The notes: generated by a model not told the origin, from the sequence alone. 55,432 nucleotides of DNA from Candidatus Micrarchaeota archaeon (GCA_964434735.1 CAYSWK010000005.1:1-55432), one strand, 5' to 3'. Positions 18,068-28,160 are shown, numbered from the stretch's first letter. Numbers and translations: made by a program.

Positions 18068-19855
18068 ATGGTCGATTATCGCAAACCAAACCCGATTGAC
18101 GCAAAAACTTATTACCAGCTTGGTAACGATTACTACGAGAAAAGCGAGTTTGAGGATGCAATCAAGAATTACAATATGGCAATCCTCCTTAACCCCATTT
18201 TCTCAGAAGCATATTTCAACCGCGCACTTTCACAGTACCAATTGAAGAATTTTGACAAGAGCATTGCAGACTATACTAAAAGCGCCGAGCTCGACCCTCA
18301 GAACCCGATCATTTACAATAACAGGGGAGATGCATACTACCGAAAGCAGGACTACCAGTCAGCAGTGAAGGATTATGACAAGGCCATTTCACTTAATCCT
18401 AATTATTTGAAAGCATTTTACAACCGAGGTTTAAGCTACGCCTCAATCGAGGAATATGAAAAGGCGATTGAGGATTTTTCAAAAGTGGTTGAACTTAAAG
18501 CGGATTTTGCGGAAGCGTACCATTTGCGTGGGCTTGCATATGAATATGCGGGTGCCATTTCAAGCGCCATTGCCGATTACGAGAAGGCCCTTGAACTCAA
18601 TCCATCTTTGGCTGAGGCAAAGACCCACCTTGAAGGCGCAAAGGCAAAGGAAGGCCAATCAAGCGGTGGCGGAGGCGGTTCTGGAGGAGGCGACTCAAAG
18701 GATGGCAAGGCAGCAGACATCAAGCTCCTTTCAAAACCAAACATGAGCTTTGAAGATGTTGCAGGTATGCACAAGATGAAGGAGGAAATTCGCCAATCGG
18801 TCGTTTACCCTATGGCAGACCCCGAACTTGCCAGAAAATACGGAAAGCTTGGTGGCGGCGGTGTTTTGATGTACGGGCCTCCTGGTTGCGGTAAGACCTT
18901 TATCGTAAAGGCAGCAGCAGGCGAATGCAAATCCGGATTCATCAACGCAAAACTTTCTGATTTATTGGACATGTATGTAGGTAATACTGAAAAGAACATC
19001 CACAAAGTGTTTGAGCTTGCGCGAAAGAACACCCCCTGTATGCTCTTTTTCGATGAAGTTGACGCAATCGGTGGCCGCCGTGACCAGGGTGAAGGCGCAC
19101 AGTACATGAAAATGGCAGTTAACCAGATGCTTTACGAAATGGACGGCGTTGAGGCAAACAACCAGAATGTGTTGGTCATTGCCGCAACAAACGCACCATG
19201 GGATGTCGACCCCGCGCTTCGTCGCTCGGGCCGTTTCTCAAAAACCATTTTCACACCTGCACCCGACATGGAATCCCGTTATGAAATGTTCAAATTGCAT
19301 TCACGAAAGCGCCCCGTAGACAAGGGAATCCCCTATTGGGGTTTGGCAGCGGCAACGATGGAATATGCTGCGGCAGACATTAAGGCAATTTGCGATGAGG
19401 CAGCCACGTTCCCCTGGATGGAGGCATTCAAGGGAATTCAGGAAAAGACTGCCAACTACATTAAGCAAGGAATTGACCCAAAGGAAGCAGAGAACCGTGC
19501 GCGCACCGAAGTTAAGCAGCGAAACATATCCGTTGCCGATTACGTAAATGCAATTAGAAAGAAACGCTCATCACTCCCTCCTTGGTACGGCCAGGCGAAA
19601 AAGCAGATCGGAAAGCAGGAGGAAGTAACCATTGTTGACGGTAAGGAGCACAAGAAGGTCACTGAAAGCAAAATGGCGCAGGCTGAAAAAGAGGCGTTCC
19701 GCGACCTTTTGAAGGTCATAGATTCAAGGAACCAATGGCACTACAAGACCAGCGTTGAAATCGTCAAGCAGATTGCGCTTGTTATCCCTATGCTCGTTGG
19801 CCCCGTTGCTGCAGGATATGTTGGCGTAACGAATATGTTCAACAAGAAGAAATAA
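18068..19855 (+). CDS. TPR-repeat plus single AAA+ ATPase with a hydrophobic C-terminal tail
   Basis: About five TPR repeats, Gly-rich linker, GPPGCGKT, FFDEVD, AATNAPWDVDPALRRSGRF. Confidence 0.92.
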   Translation: MVDYRKPNPIDAKTYYQLGNDYYEKSEFEDAIKNYNMAILLNPIFSEAYFNRALSQYQLKNFDKSIADYTKSAELDPQNPIIYNNRGDAYYRKQDYQSAVKDYDKAISLNPNYLKAFYNRGLSYASIEEYEKAIEDFSKVVELKADFAEAYHLRGLAYEYAGAISSAIADYEKALELNPSLAEAKTHLEGAKAKEGQSSGGGGGSGGGDSKDGKAADIKLLSKPNMSFEDVAGMHKMKEEIRQSVVYPMADPELARKYGKLGGGGVLMYGPPGCGKTFIVKAAAGECKSGFINAKLSDLLDMYVGNTEKNIHKVFELARKNTPCMLFFDEVDAIGGRRDQGEGAQYMKMAVNQMLYEMDGVEANNQNVLVIAATNAPWDVDPALRRSGRFSKTIFTPAPDMESRYEMFKLHSRKRPVDKGIPYWGLAAATMEYAAADIKAICDEAATFPWMEAFKGIQEKTANYIKQGIDPKEAENRARTEVKQRNISVADYVNAIRKKRSSLPPWYGQAKKQIGKQEEVTIVDGKEHKKVTESKMAQAEKEAFRDLLKVIDSRNQWHYKTSVEIVKQIALVIPMLVGPVAAGYVGVTNMFNKKK

Positions 19856-19905
19856 TTTTTTTCTTTTACCCATATCCTTTATAATCTTCTTTGCACGAGT
19901 TTTTC

Positions 19906-21054
19906 ATGATACTCAAAAATGCCCGCGTTTTCATAAACGGGGAATTCATGGAAAAAGATATTACCATCGAGGATGGCCTTATTTCTGAAATTGGGACTGC
20001 AAAATCTTCCCGAGATGTTTTTGACTGCAAGGGGATGCACCTTCTCCCCGGGCTCATCGACCCTCATGTTCATTTGCGTGAGCCTGGAGATATGAAAAAG
20101 GAGGATTTTACAACGGGCACAAGCGCAGCTTTAGCAGGAGGGTTTACCAGCGTGTGCGACATGCCAAACAATCGAGTTCCCATAACTACGAAGGAACGTT
20201 ATCTTGAAAAGCAGGCACTGGTAAAAAAGAAGGCAAAGTGCAACGTATTTCTTTCCATGGCAGGGGTTGATGAAAATTATTCTGAAGTTAAGGATGCACA
20301 ACCTACGTTCCTTAAACTTTATTTAGGACATACGACTGGCGGTCTCATTATTGAAGATGAACGGGTTATTTCAAAACATTTTGGGAAGTTTGCAAAAGAC
20401 AAGCCATTGGTTGTTCATTCTGAAGACATTAAAATGACTCATCGACTCGTACGATATGCACGAACGTATGAGAATAGGATGCACCTTGCGCATGCCCATA
20501 CGGCCGACCAGGTACGTACGGTAAAAACCTTGCCGCGCGGCAGTGTTGAAGTTGCGCCGCATCATCTGTTCCTTGACAAGAAATACTGCCGTAAGCACAA
20601 GGAACTTTGTGAAGTGAAGCCGCCTTTGCAAAAACCTGAAGTCGCATCGGATTTGTGGACGGTGCTTCAAAAAGTAGATTGCATTGCAACTGATCACGCG
20701 CCCCATACGCTTGCTGATAAGAAGGAAGGCGCATTCGGGTTTCCCGGGCTTGAAACGTCATTAGCAGTGATGCTCAAAGGCTATTTTGAAGGCAAATACA
20801 CCTTTGAATGGCTTATTGATTGTATGAGCCGAAACCCTGCACGTATTTTCAACCTTGAAAAAAGGGGAATGATTGAAGTTGGAAACCATGCAGACCTTAC
20901 TCTCGTTGACTTGCATAAGGAATGGACCGTAAAGGGCGAAGAGTTGGAAACAAAATGCAAATGGTCTCCCTTTGAAGGCTGGACGTTGAAAGGAAAAGCG
21001 CATTCCGTATGGGTTGGCGGAAAACAAAAAATGGAAGAATTTGAGGTTTTCTAA
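19906..21054 (+). CDS. pyrC: Dihydroorotase (type I amidohydrolase)
   Basis: DPHVHLREPG, DMPN, EVAPHHL, ATDHAPH, GFPGLET. Confidence 0.9.
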   Translation: MILKNARVFINGEFMEKDITIEDGLISEIGTAKSSRDVFDCKGMHLLPGLIDPHVHLREPGDMKKEDFTTGTSAALAGGFTSVCDMPNNRVPITTKERYLEKQALVKKKAKCNVFLSMAGVDENYSEVKDAQPTFLKLYLGHTTGGLIIEDERVISKHFGKFAKDKPLVVHSEDIKMTHRLVRYARTYENRMHLAHAHTADQVRTVKTLPRGSVEVAPHHLFLDKKYCRKHKELCEVKPPLQKPEVASDLWTVLQKVDCIATDHAPHTLADKKEGAFGFPGLETSLAVMLKGYFEGKYTFEWLIDCMSRNPARIFNLEKRGMIEVGNHADLTLVDLHKEWTVKGEELETKCKWSPFEGWTLKGKAHSVWVGGKQKMEEFEVF

Positions 21055-21055
21055 A

Positions 21056-21511
21056 TTATTTCCTTGTAACTGAAACGGTTGGTGCGCCTTCTTCGTTTTC
21101 TTGTGCGATTACATCAAAGCGCGCGTACCCTTGAGCAGGAGCATCTATTGTTTCAAAGTTTACGGGGAAACGGACGGGTTTTACGAATTCGCTCAGTTTA
21201 TTGCCGTCGATTTTAACGCTGAAGATGATCTCTCCACCTGTTCGGGCCCCATTGGGTACAAAACGAATGCTTTGGGTGTTTTCAGGCACAAATACTTCAG
21301 CAGCAAGCATTGATCCGGCACCAAGGTTTCCAACGCTGTTTATGCTGCTTGCAAGTCGCGTTACTGCAAGTTCTGCTTGTAATACCTTCAATTCTTGGTT
21401 CGTTTCATTCGACTTGAAGTATACAGTAACAAGAATGGGGATGAATACTAAAAGTATGATCCCTACGATTACAAGCAGTTCTGTGCTTACTTGGCCTTTA
21501 GTGTGTCTCAT
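21056..21511 (-). CDS. Class III signal-peptide (type IV pilin-like) protein
   Basis: KGQVSTE followed by a hydrophobic helix, the archaeal prepilin peptidase motif. Confidence 0.85.
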   Translation of the reverse strand: MRHTKGQVSTELLVIVGIILLVFIPILVTVYFKSNETNQELKVLQAELAVTRLASSINSVGNLGAGSMLAAEVFVPENTQSIRFVPNGARTGGEIIFSVKIDGNKLSEFVKPVRFPVNFETIDAPAQGYARFDVIAQENEEGAPTVSVTRK

Positions 21512-22596
21512 TCTTCTTCACTGTGTATTTGTTTATTCGCCTTTTTATCCTTTTGCTTTGAGAGGATTACCTGCAATTCATGGGCAATTTGGGCTGCCAT
21601 CTCATGGTGCGTATGTGCTTCGCTTTCTACACTATGAGGGCGGTTGTCAAGTTCAAAGAAGAGTTTTCCTTGGAACACAGACTTATTCTTCTTTACATGG
21701 AGTGAAAGGTGCGTTACGAAAAGCGATTTTCCGTACTTTTCAAGCACGGGCTCGATCTCGTCACGAATTTCAGTTTCATACATTTCTTTTTCAGAAGCAT
21801 CAAGCCCGCTTATCGGGAAGGGGGGCTTTTTGTTCGAGAGAGTTATCATTTGCTTGAAAATATCCGTTGCGCTAATTATTCCTTTAGGTACGCCGCCGTC
21901 AGTTACGAGGAGCGAAGAAACCCGCGCCTTCACCATAAGTTGTGCCGCATCTTCTAATGATTTGGTTACTTCTATCGAGTTGACGCCTTCGCGTACAAAT
22001 TCGGATATTGCAAGTTTTTCAATGTTCGCAGCATCATCTCGGATCGTATCTCGTTTTCCTTTTGAAGGGTTCCCGATTCCGACAAGATCATAGGTCGAAA
22101 TAATCCCAAAGGGTACGCCGTTTCGCGTTGCAATTAGTTTTCGTGTGCCTTTTTCCCGCATTTGGTTTCGTGCTTCAGCAAGGCTTTGTTTTTGGTCAAT
22201 GGAATATACGGGCGTGTTCATAACTTCTTTCACGCCTTTTTTGGGCACGGTGCGTTCCTGAAGTAATTTTTCAATAAGGTCCGTACGTGTGCTTATTTCG
22301 CTTACACGCCCCTTTTGTACAGGAAGTGCCTTGAAGTGCCCCGCAAGAAATGACTGGCAGGCCTCAAGAACGCTTGAGTTTTCCATAAGAACCGGTGTTC
22401 GTATGACAATCGTTTCGCATTTGGTCTTGCTTACGTCCCCAAGTCCAAATCGCGCGTTTCTGTCATCAATTATCCCTGCAAATTGTCCTTCCTTCATAAT
22501 TATGACGGCGGGCGATTTTGAGAGGGCATCAAAAGCCTTAGATACTGGTTCTTGTGCATCAAGCACGGGTGCAGGGTGTGATTTCATACTCTTCAT
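21508..22596 (-). CDS. Four-CBS-domain protein with C-terminal HPF-like domain (candidate Hib-type ribosome hibernation factor)
   Basis: Two CBS pairs (KALPV, VMNTPVYSI, VSSLLV..GIISATDI) then about 95 aa with an HPF-like strand/helix pattern; start 22596 or 22587. Confidence 0.75.
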   Translation of the reverse strand: MKSMKSHPAPVLDAQEPVSKAFDALSKSPAVIIMKEGQFAGIIDDRNARFGLGDVSKTKCETIVIRTPVLMENSSVLEACQSFLAGHFKALPVQKGRVSEISTRTDLIEKLLQERTVPKKGVKEVMNTPVYSIDQKQSLAEARNQMREKGTRKLIATRNGVPFGIISTYDLVGIGNPSKGKRDTIRDDAANIEKLAISEFVREGVNSIEVTKSLEDAAQLMVKARVSSLLVTDGGVPKGIISATDIFKQMITLSNKKPPFPISGLDASEKEMYETEIRDEIEPVLEKYGKSLFVTHLSLHVKKNKSVFQGKLFFELDNRPHSVESEAHTHHEMAAQIAHELQVILSKQKDKKANKQIHSEEE

Positions 22597-22681
22597 CTCC
22601 AGAAAATCAGGTTTAACTGATACTGTTATAAAAACGAATATCTTAATAAAGTTCATGGAATCGGTTGTTAGTTTTGCATCC

Positions 22682-23371
22682 ATGGTTGAGAAACCGACGT
22701 GGAAGGAAATTCTTCTTGATGCAATTCATTCAAAAAAACTTGATCCTTGGAACATTGACCTTACGCAAGTTGCCGACGAGTTTATCTCAAGAATAAAGAA
22801 AATGGAAACGCTTGATTTTGTCATTCCTGCTAATGTCATTCTTGCAGCCTCCATTCTTCTTCGCTATAAAAGTGATTATTTCAGGGCGGCAGATGCGGCA
22901 GCGCAGCTTGCAGATTTTCCCATGGAGGAACCTTCCGTTGCTTTTGAGGAAGTGCCGACGCTTTCAATGGTTGCGCGCATTCCTCCAAAAAGCCCTATTA
23001 CGCTTGTTGATTTGGTCAAGGAGATGGAATCCATTATCCGATATGAGGGAGAGTATGTCCCCAAGCAAAAACGGCTTGTTGACGATTCTGTGCCGTTTGT
23101 TTTGCCCGTCCAATCTTTCGATATCGAGAAAAATATGGATGCGTTAGTTGAAGATTTGCACGTACAGGCCGACCCTGAAGGGTATGTCCTTTTTTCAAAA
23201 ATTATTGAAGGCAAGGCACCTCGTGAAATTATTTACTCCCTTCTTTCGCTTTTGCACCTTACTCAGAAGGAAAAAGTTGATTTGCGCCAGGACCAGATGT
23301 TCGGTGAAATTTTCATTCACGTAAGAAAAGAAGGTCAAAAATCAGAAAAAGAAACTGCAATCGAGCATTGA
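22682..23371 (+). CDS. scpA: Segregation and condensation protein A (kleisin)
   Basis: LDPWNIDL, A(N)VILAASILLRYKS, LLSLLHL, DLRQDQMFGEI. Confidence 0.9.
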   Translation: MVEKPTWKEILLDAIHSKKLDPWNIDLTQVADEFISRIKKMETLDFVIPANVILAASILLRYKSDYFRAADAAAQLADFPMEEPSVAFEEVPTLSMVARIPPKSPITLVDLVKEMESIIRYEGEYVPKQKRLVDDSVPFVLPVQSFDIEKNMDALVEDLHVQADPEGYVLFSKIIEGKAPREIIYSLLSLLHLTQKEKVDLRQDQMFGEIFIHVRKEGQKSEKETAIEH

Positions 23372-23408
23372 TTATTTTTAATAAATAGAAGAAAGAGAAA
23401 AGAAAAAA

Positions 23409-23780
23409 TTACAACATTTCCTTTGTTGGCTTTGGCTTGCTCTTGACAATTTTTACGTTGCCAGGTGCAAGAAGAATTTTTTCATTGGTTAAAAGTGCAA
23501 TGTCCCCATTTGTTTTCATGGTGTGTTGCTTGAGTTTGCCAATGATTGTCTTGAGCCTGTTTGGTTGCTTTGAGAGAGGCATCACATTAAGGATAATTAC
23601 GTTCTTTTGTGTGAGCTCGCGCATTGCAAGGTCTGCATCTCCTTCATTTCTAAGGTCTACTTGTTTGATATAGTAGTCTGCAGGAGGATTAATTGCATCT
23701 CCATCAGCGCCCATTACTTCTTCAAGATTAGGAACTTCTTGTTCTTGGTCTTTTCCAAATAGTTTGTCTAACAATCCCAT
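23409..23780 (-). CDS. sepF: Cell division protein SepF
   Basis: Amphipathic MGLLDKLFG, NVIILNV, GDIALL...ILLAPGNVKI. Confidence 0.88.
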   Translation of the reverse strand: MGLLDKLFGKDQEQEVPNLEEVMGADGDAINPPADYYIKQVDLRNEGDADLAMRELTQKNVIILNVMPLSKQPNRLKTIIGKLKQHTMKTNGDIALLTNEKILLAPGNVKIVKSKPKPTKEML

Positions 23781-23929
23781 TGTACCACCTGACGATTATT
23801 TTATGAGCACATTTGTGCCACGCGTCAGTAATTACAACGTGACTCTTTTTAAAGTGAAGTTCTTGGAGTTTGCGAGGAGGCCCTCATCTTGTTTAAATAG
23901 TTTTCCATCGAATTCCAATCGTTGATCAT

Positions 23930-24784
23930 ATGTTCTCAACACTCGCAGCATCAGCAAGGGCATTTGCCAGGAATCCTCTCAATTTCATTCTTCAGACATT
24001 TTATTGCGGCGTCTTTAACGTCGTAGCAGTGTTTGCTGGGCTTGGATTGTTCCTGTTTCTTTTGTATTTTGCTTTGCTTATTAGCGTACCTATGTCTCCA
24101 ACAGTTCTTGGAATGCTTCTTATTCCCGCACTATTTGTTTTTCTTCTTGTGTCTTCTGGTTTTCAAGGCTCGCTTGCACGAAGTTATTCTTCTGCGCTTA
24201 AAGGGGTTTGTATTCATTTTAGTGATTTTTTTGAGTTTGCCGTCAAAAGATCTTTCTCATTTTTTGGACTTTTCATCACATTCCTTTTTTTCAGCAGCCT
24301 TTCGATGATCCCTTTTGCAGTGACTCATTTTGTACTTGAGGACAGTTTCCCTTCCCTTTCAGTCCTTAAGACACTCTCGCTTGTGGCGTCTGCATTTGGC
24401 ATTTTATTTTCAATCGTACTTGTTTTCCCGATGCTTGTTTCAATGGGCGCTTTTAACGCCAATTTCAAATCTGCATTGGGCCATTCGATTAAGCTTGCAA
24501 AATCCCAGCACATTCTTGCCTTGATCATGTGCGTGCTTATCGTTATCTCAGGATTGCTTATTGTTGTTCCGTTTGCAAACATCTTGTCAATTCTTGTTTT
24601 CCTCCCTGTATTATATGGCGCGTATATTTTGAGTTATCAACGCACGGTATTTGGGACGACTTCCGTTTACCAGGAACCCCAGCCTTCATCTCGGCCCGCA
24701 GTTGCGCCAGTTCCTTCCAAACGCCCAAGCCAGCCCGCGCCATCGCGCCGCAAGTTCGGAAGGAAGCACGAAGGATTGATTTAA
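23930..24784 (+). CDS. Multi-pass membrane protein with basic Pro-rich tail
   Basis: 284-aa hydrophobic ORF. Confidence 0.75.
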   Translation: MFSTLAASARAFARNPLNFILQTFYCGVFNVVAVFAGLGLFLFLLYFALLISVPMSPTVLGMLLIPALFVFLLVSSGFQGSLARSYSSALKGVCIHFSDFFEFAVKRSFSFFGLFITFLFFSSLSMIPFAVTHFVLEDSFPSLSVLKTLSLVASAFGILFSIVLVFPMLVSMGAFNANFKSALGHSIKLAKSQHILALIMCVLIVISGLLIVVPFANILSILVFLPVLYGAYILSYQRTVFGTTSVYQEPQPSSRPAVAPVPSKRPSQPAPSRRKFGRKHEGLI

Positions 24785-24848
24785 TTTTTCTAGCCTGTTT
24801 TCTACGTAATGCCTTGATTTTTATTTTCTTCTTTTCCTTATTTCCCTT

Positions 24849-25163
24849 ATGAAAAGACTTTATTCGTGCGACTTGAAAGGGGGTAAGCCCGCATTGCTTA
24901 AGATTCTTGAGGCAGAGCCTTACGCGGATGATAGTTTTGCGCGTGTCGGCTATATCATGCGTGAAGGGAAAGTATTGGGTGAGGATGCTGCGAAATTGTA
25001 CGTGTTCATGAATGCTGCAGACGATTTTGTCAAAAAGGCTGATGAAAAGTTAAAGGGCGTTCTCTCACTTACTATCGTAAGCGGTGCCGATGAAATTCGC
25101 ATTATCACAAAAATTGAGGAAATGGAAAATAACGCTCAATCGGGTTTGAGTTTGTTTGATTAA
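24849..25163 (+). CDS. Hypothetical protein, probably conserved in archaea
   Basis: 104-aa ORF, FARVGYIMREG and terminal SGLSLFD. Confidence 0.75.
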   Translation: MKRLYSCDLKGGKPALLKILEAEPYADDSFARVGYIMREGKVLGEDAAKLYVFMNAADDFVKKADEKLKGVLSLTIVSGADEIRIITKIEEMENNAQSGLSLFD

Positions 25164-25213
25164 TTTTTTTTGCATTACATTTCATTTTTATTCCTTTACT
25201 GTATTGGTAAACC

Positions 25214-25777
25214 ATGCCTGAAGAAAACGAAGAAACAAGTGAAGACATACAGGAAACGACACACTCAACATTGAACACAAAGCCATCCATCGCTTCCCGT
25301 GGAGTCCCTGCAAAAGAAACTCTTTACCTTCCGGCATACAATTCTGAAGAGCTTCGTTCATTTCAGGATAAGGATGAAAACCCAACAAGAAATTTATGGA
25401 ATGCCGACGAGCTCGTTAATTTCGTATTTTCAAAAAAATACCAGGGAACGTATTATGCAGTTGCATCCGCATTTATTCAGCGCCTTTCAAAAGCAGGAGT
25501 GATGTCAGGAGATGAGACTGCGGAGTTTGTACGCACTAATTCCATTTCAAAAGCAACATTTTACAATCGAGTTCTTCCCCGTTTACGAAGAGTAGGTCTC
25601 ATTAAAATAGAACGAGATACGATTGTTGCACAAGAGTCAAAACGAAAATTCAGGCCGATGCGTATTTCGATTTCAAAAAGTTTTGGTAATTACCTGATGA
25701 AAATTGCGGATTCCTGGCTTGCCATCGTTGATGATGTCAGGAGCAAGGCAGAAAAGGAGAAGCAATTACGGCTTTAA
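25214..25777 (+). CDS. Putative winged-helix protein
   Basis: ISKATFYNRVLPRLRRVGLIKIER resembles a wHTH recognition helix and wing. Confidence 0.65.
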   Translation: MPEENEETSEDIQETTHSTLNTKPSIASRGVPAKETLYLPAYNSEELRSFQDKDENPTRNLWNADELVNFVFSKKYQGTYYAVASAFIQRLSKAGVMSGDETAEFVRTNSISKATFYNRVLPRLRRVGLIKIERDTIVAQESKRKFRPMRISISKSFGNYLMKIADSWLAIVDDVRSKAEKEKQLRL

Positions 25778-26235
25778 CCGCAGGTTACTATTAATGGGAA
25801 ACCTGTTTGCACGAGCCCTTCTGCGTTTCCTTTAGTATATTCTATTGTTATTCCCTTCACTGTTTTTGAAATGCCTGGAGATCCACACGGGCTTGGAAGG
25901 GTCAATACTATTAATTTTTCTTCACCAGATTCAAATAATACGGGTTGTCTACTGAGAATCCCTTCTTGAGATCCAAATGAGGTAAGCGTGATAGGGACTA
26001 AGTCATTATTTCTCATGCTAATTACAAGTGTTGTTTCACTTGCAGACGCGGCTTCGATTGAAAAGGGAACTGCACCAATCCATGCATTCTGGCTTTGGGA
26101 CCTTTGTGTTTGTTCGATGTTACTGCCGCTACTGCTTGTCAAGAAAACAGACGTTAATCCTGCAATGAATACGACTATGCCGCATATAGCCACTAGGCCG
26201 ACAATTGCTATGATAATGATGAGTTTATTGTCCAT
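25774..26235 (-). CDS. Membrane-anchored extracellular protein, pilin-like
   Basis: N-terminal TM helix, Ser-rich linker, beta-rich domain with two Cys. Confidence 0.65.
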   Translation of the reverse strand: MDNKLIIIIAIVGLVAICGIVVFIAGLTSVFLTSSSGSNIEQTQRSQSQNAWIGAVPFSIEAASASETTLVISMRNNDLVPITLTSFGSQEGILSRQPVLFESGEEKLIVLTLPSPCGSPGISKTVKGITIEYTKGNAEGLVQTGFPLIVTCG

Positions 26236-28083
26236 TTATTTTTTCCCCTTTTTATCCTTAGAGTCCTTTTTTGCGTCTTTGCGTTTTGCCTTTCTTTTTG
26301 CAAGCTCCTCTTCAAGGTTCATGCGCTCTTTTTGCTTGGTTTCAACAACCGACTGCATTTTCTTGACCGTTGTTTCTGCACGTTCCATTGTTTCCATATA
26401 GGGAGTATCCTTTACGTCTTTCCTGAGCCTGCGGATAAGGTCCCTACTTTCAGTAATAAGAACCCCTAGTTTTTCTTGTGAATCGTGAATCCTTCGATCT
26501 ATTGAGCTTTCCTGTGCCGTAATATTTTGTGTCTCTTCAGAGTACATCTCAGTGATGGTTTCAAGCTCGTCAAGGTAATTTTTGAGCTGTTCTATTTCGG
26601 CAGTTTCCTCAAGCGAAGCAAGTTCTTCCTTGCTTTCATTTACCATTGCGTGCAAATCATCAAGTTTTTTGTGATAATCCTTCACATAGTCCATGATCCA
26701 CTGTTCAACACTGCGAAGCTCGTCTATCTGGGTTGTAAGTCCTTGGATTTCCTCTTCGCGTGCGTCTATCGCGCTTTGGGTCTCCTGTGAAAGTGCCACC
26801 ACTTCTTCTTGCTTTCGTCGTGCAAGGGCAATATCATCTTCAAGGTTTTTCATAGATTGGAATAACTGATCTATGGTTCCTTGCGTTTCTTTTATGAGGG
26901 TTTCAACTTTTGCAACTTTGGTGCCTAATCCTTGCGCAATACCTTCCAGTTCGCCAAGGCGTTTTCGTTCATCCTCAAGTGCTGCAAGCCCTGAGGTCAT
27001 TTTTGAGTAGGCTTCAGCTTCTTTTTTCTTTATGCTTTCAAGCACGGAATCAATGCTTGTGCGTGCCTGGTCAAGTGAGTTTATTGCATTGTACTCTATT
27101 TTCTCAACACTCGATCGTAGTTTTTCAACTTCAGCATAGTGTGAAGGAAGCCTGACCATTCGGTCTTTAAGTGAAAGGATCTTTTCTTCCTTTTCAAGTA
27201 TTTTCTCACTGAATGTTATCGAAATGGTTTCGAATTTATTCTCAAGAGGAAGGAGTTTTTTACCGTACATCTCCTCCTTTTGTGCTTTTAGTTGTGCGAT
27301 TTGTTTTCGCTGCTCTGAAATTTCATTAAGATATTGGTTGATGTTTTCCCGTACTGCGTTTTGTTCGGGTTCATTGGCTTGGGAAGGCGTTTTTTGAGAT
27401 TCCGCAGCAATAATTTCGGGTTTTTCCTGTTTTTTTGAAGTTGGGGGTTCAACTTCTATTTTTGGAGTAGGAAGGGTGACTTCAAGCACAGGTGTTTTTG
27501 GTTTTTGTTCAGGCTCCTGAGTTGTTGTTTCCTGTATTGATTGTTTTTCCTCTTGCCAGTCCTTTTCCATTTCCTTAAGTATGTTGAATTTGATATCGTT
27601 TGAAGAAAGTACCTTGTTGATGGGGTTTGCCGTTTGCATCGATTCCCGTTTTAATTCTTCTTCAAGAAGCGAGGTTACTTCCTTTTTTTCTTGGGACTCA
27701 ACAAGTACGGGGATTTGAACTTCGGAAGGAGGAGTCTGGGTTGGTTGCAATTTTATCTCAGGATGAGTTATGGGCGCAGTTATGGGCGAGGGTATCGGCA
27801 CCTGCGTTTCTTGCTTTTCGTATTGGGGTGCGCTCGATGTTGTCCTTTGGGATCCCGTTTCCTGCTTTATCCAGGAAATTCTCATATTCGTAAGATTATA
27901 ATGAATTTGAATGTATCCTTCTTCTTCAAGAATGCGTAACCATTTTTCAACCGTTGCCTGGTCTATGTTGGTTTTTGCAGCGAGTTGAGGTACGTCAAGG
28001 TCTTTTTTGTATGCAATGGCTTTGATGAGAGTGTCTACGTCTGTTGAAATAAGTGGTTCGTCTACTGATATGTTCTCTACCAT
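26236..28083 (-). CDS. N-terminal winged-helix, Pro/Glu-rich linker and long coiled-coil protein
   Basis: VPQLAAKTNIDQATVEKWLRILEEEGYI then about 350 aa of heptad-rich sequence. Confidence 0.8.
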   Translation of the reverse strand: MVENISVDEPLISTDVDTLIKAIAYKKDLDVPQLAAKTNIDQATVEKWLRILEEEGYIQIHYNLTNMRISWIKQETGSQRTTSSAPQYEKQETQVPIPSPITAPITHPEIKLQPTQTPPSEVQIPVLVESQEKKEVTSLLEEELKRESMQTANPINKVLSSNDIKFNILKEMEKDWQEEKQSIQETTTQEPEQKPKTPVLEVTLPTPKIEVEPPTSKKQEKPEIIAAESQKTPSQANEPEQNAVRENINQYLNEISEQRKQIAQLKAQKEEMYGKKLLPLENKFETISITFSEKILEKEEKILSLKDRMVRLPSHYAEVEKLRSSVEKIEYNAINSLDQARTSIDSVLESIKKKEAEAYSKMTSGLAALEDERKRLGELEGIAQGLGTKVAKVETLIKETQGTIDQLFQSMKNLEDDIALARRKQEEVVALSQETQSAIDAREEEIQGLTTQIDELRSVEQWIMDYVKDYHKKLDDLHAMVNESKEELASLEETAEIEQLKNYLDELETITEMYSEETQNITAQESSIDRRIHDSQEKLGVLITESRDLIRRLRKDVKDTPYMETMERAETTVKKMQSVVETKQKERMNLEEELAKRKAKRKDAKKDSKDKKGKK

Positions 28084-28160
28084 AAGCTATTCGCCCCTCT
28101 ATGTTATATTTAATGATTAATCAGGTTTTTAAGGCCTTCCCTAGAAGGGTGAAAGCCCGC

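Noticed and set aside
22579-22596. MKS-MKS recoded tandem (ATG AAG AGT ATG AAA TCA) at the CBS gene start as a third echo
   Set aside because: Only three codons, no spacer or hairpin; readily explained by chance.
22289-22681. Long N-terminal extension of the ScpA ORF
   Set aside because: Antisense shadow of the CBS gene; ScpA similarity begins near MVEKPTW.
28134-28160. Two small hairpins after rpl10e as an ncRNA
   Set aside because: Too short; position fits a terminator or processing signal, and no RNA family motif is present.
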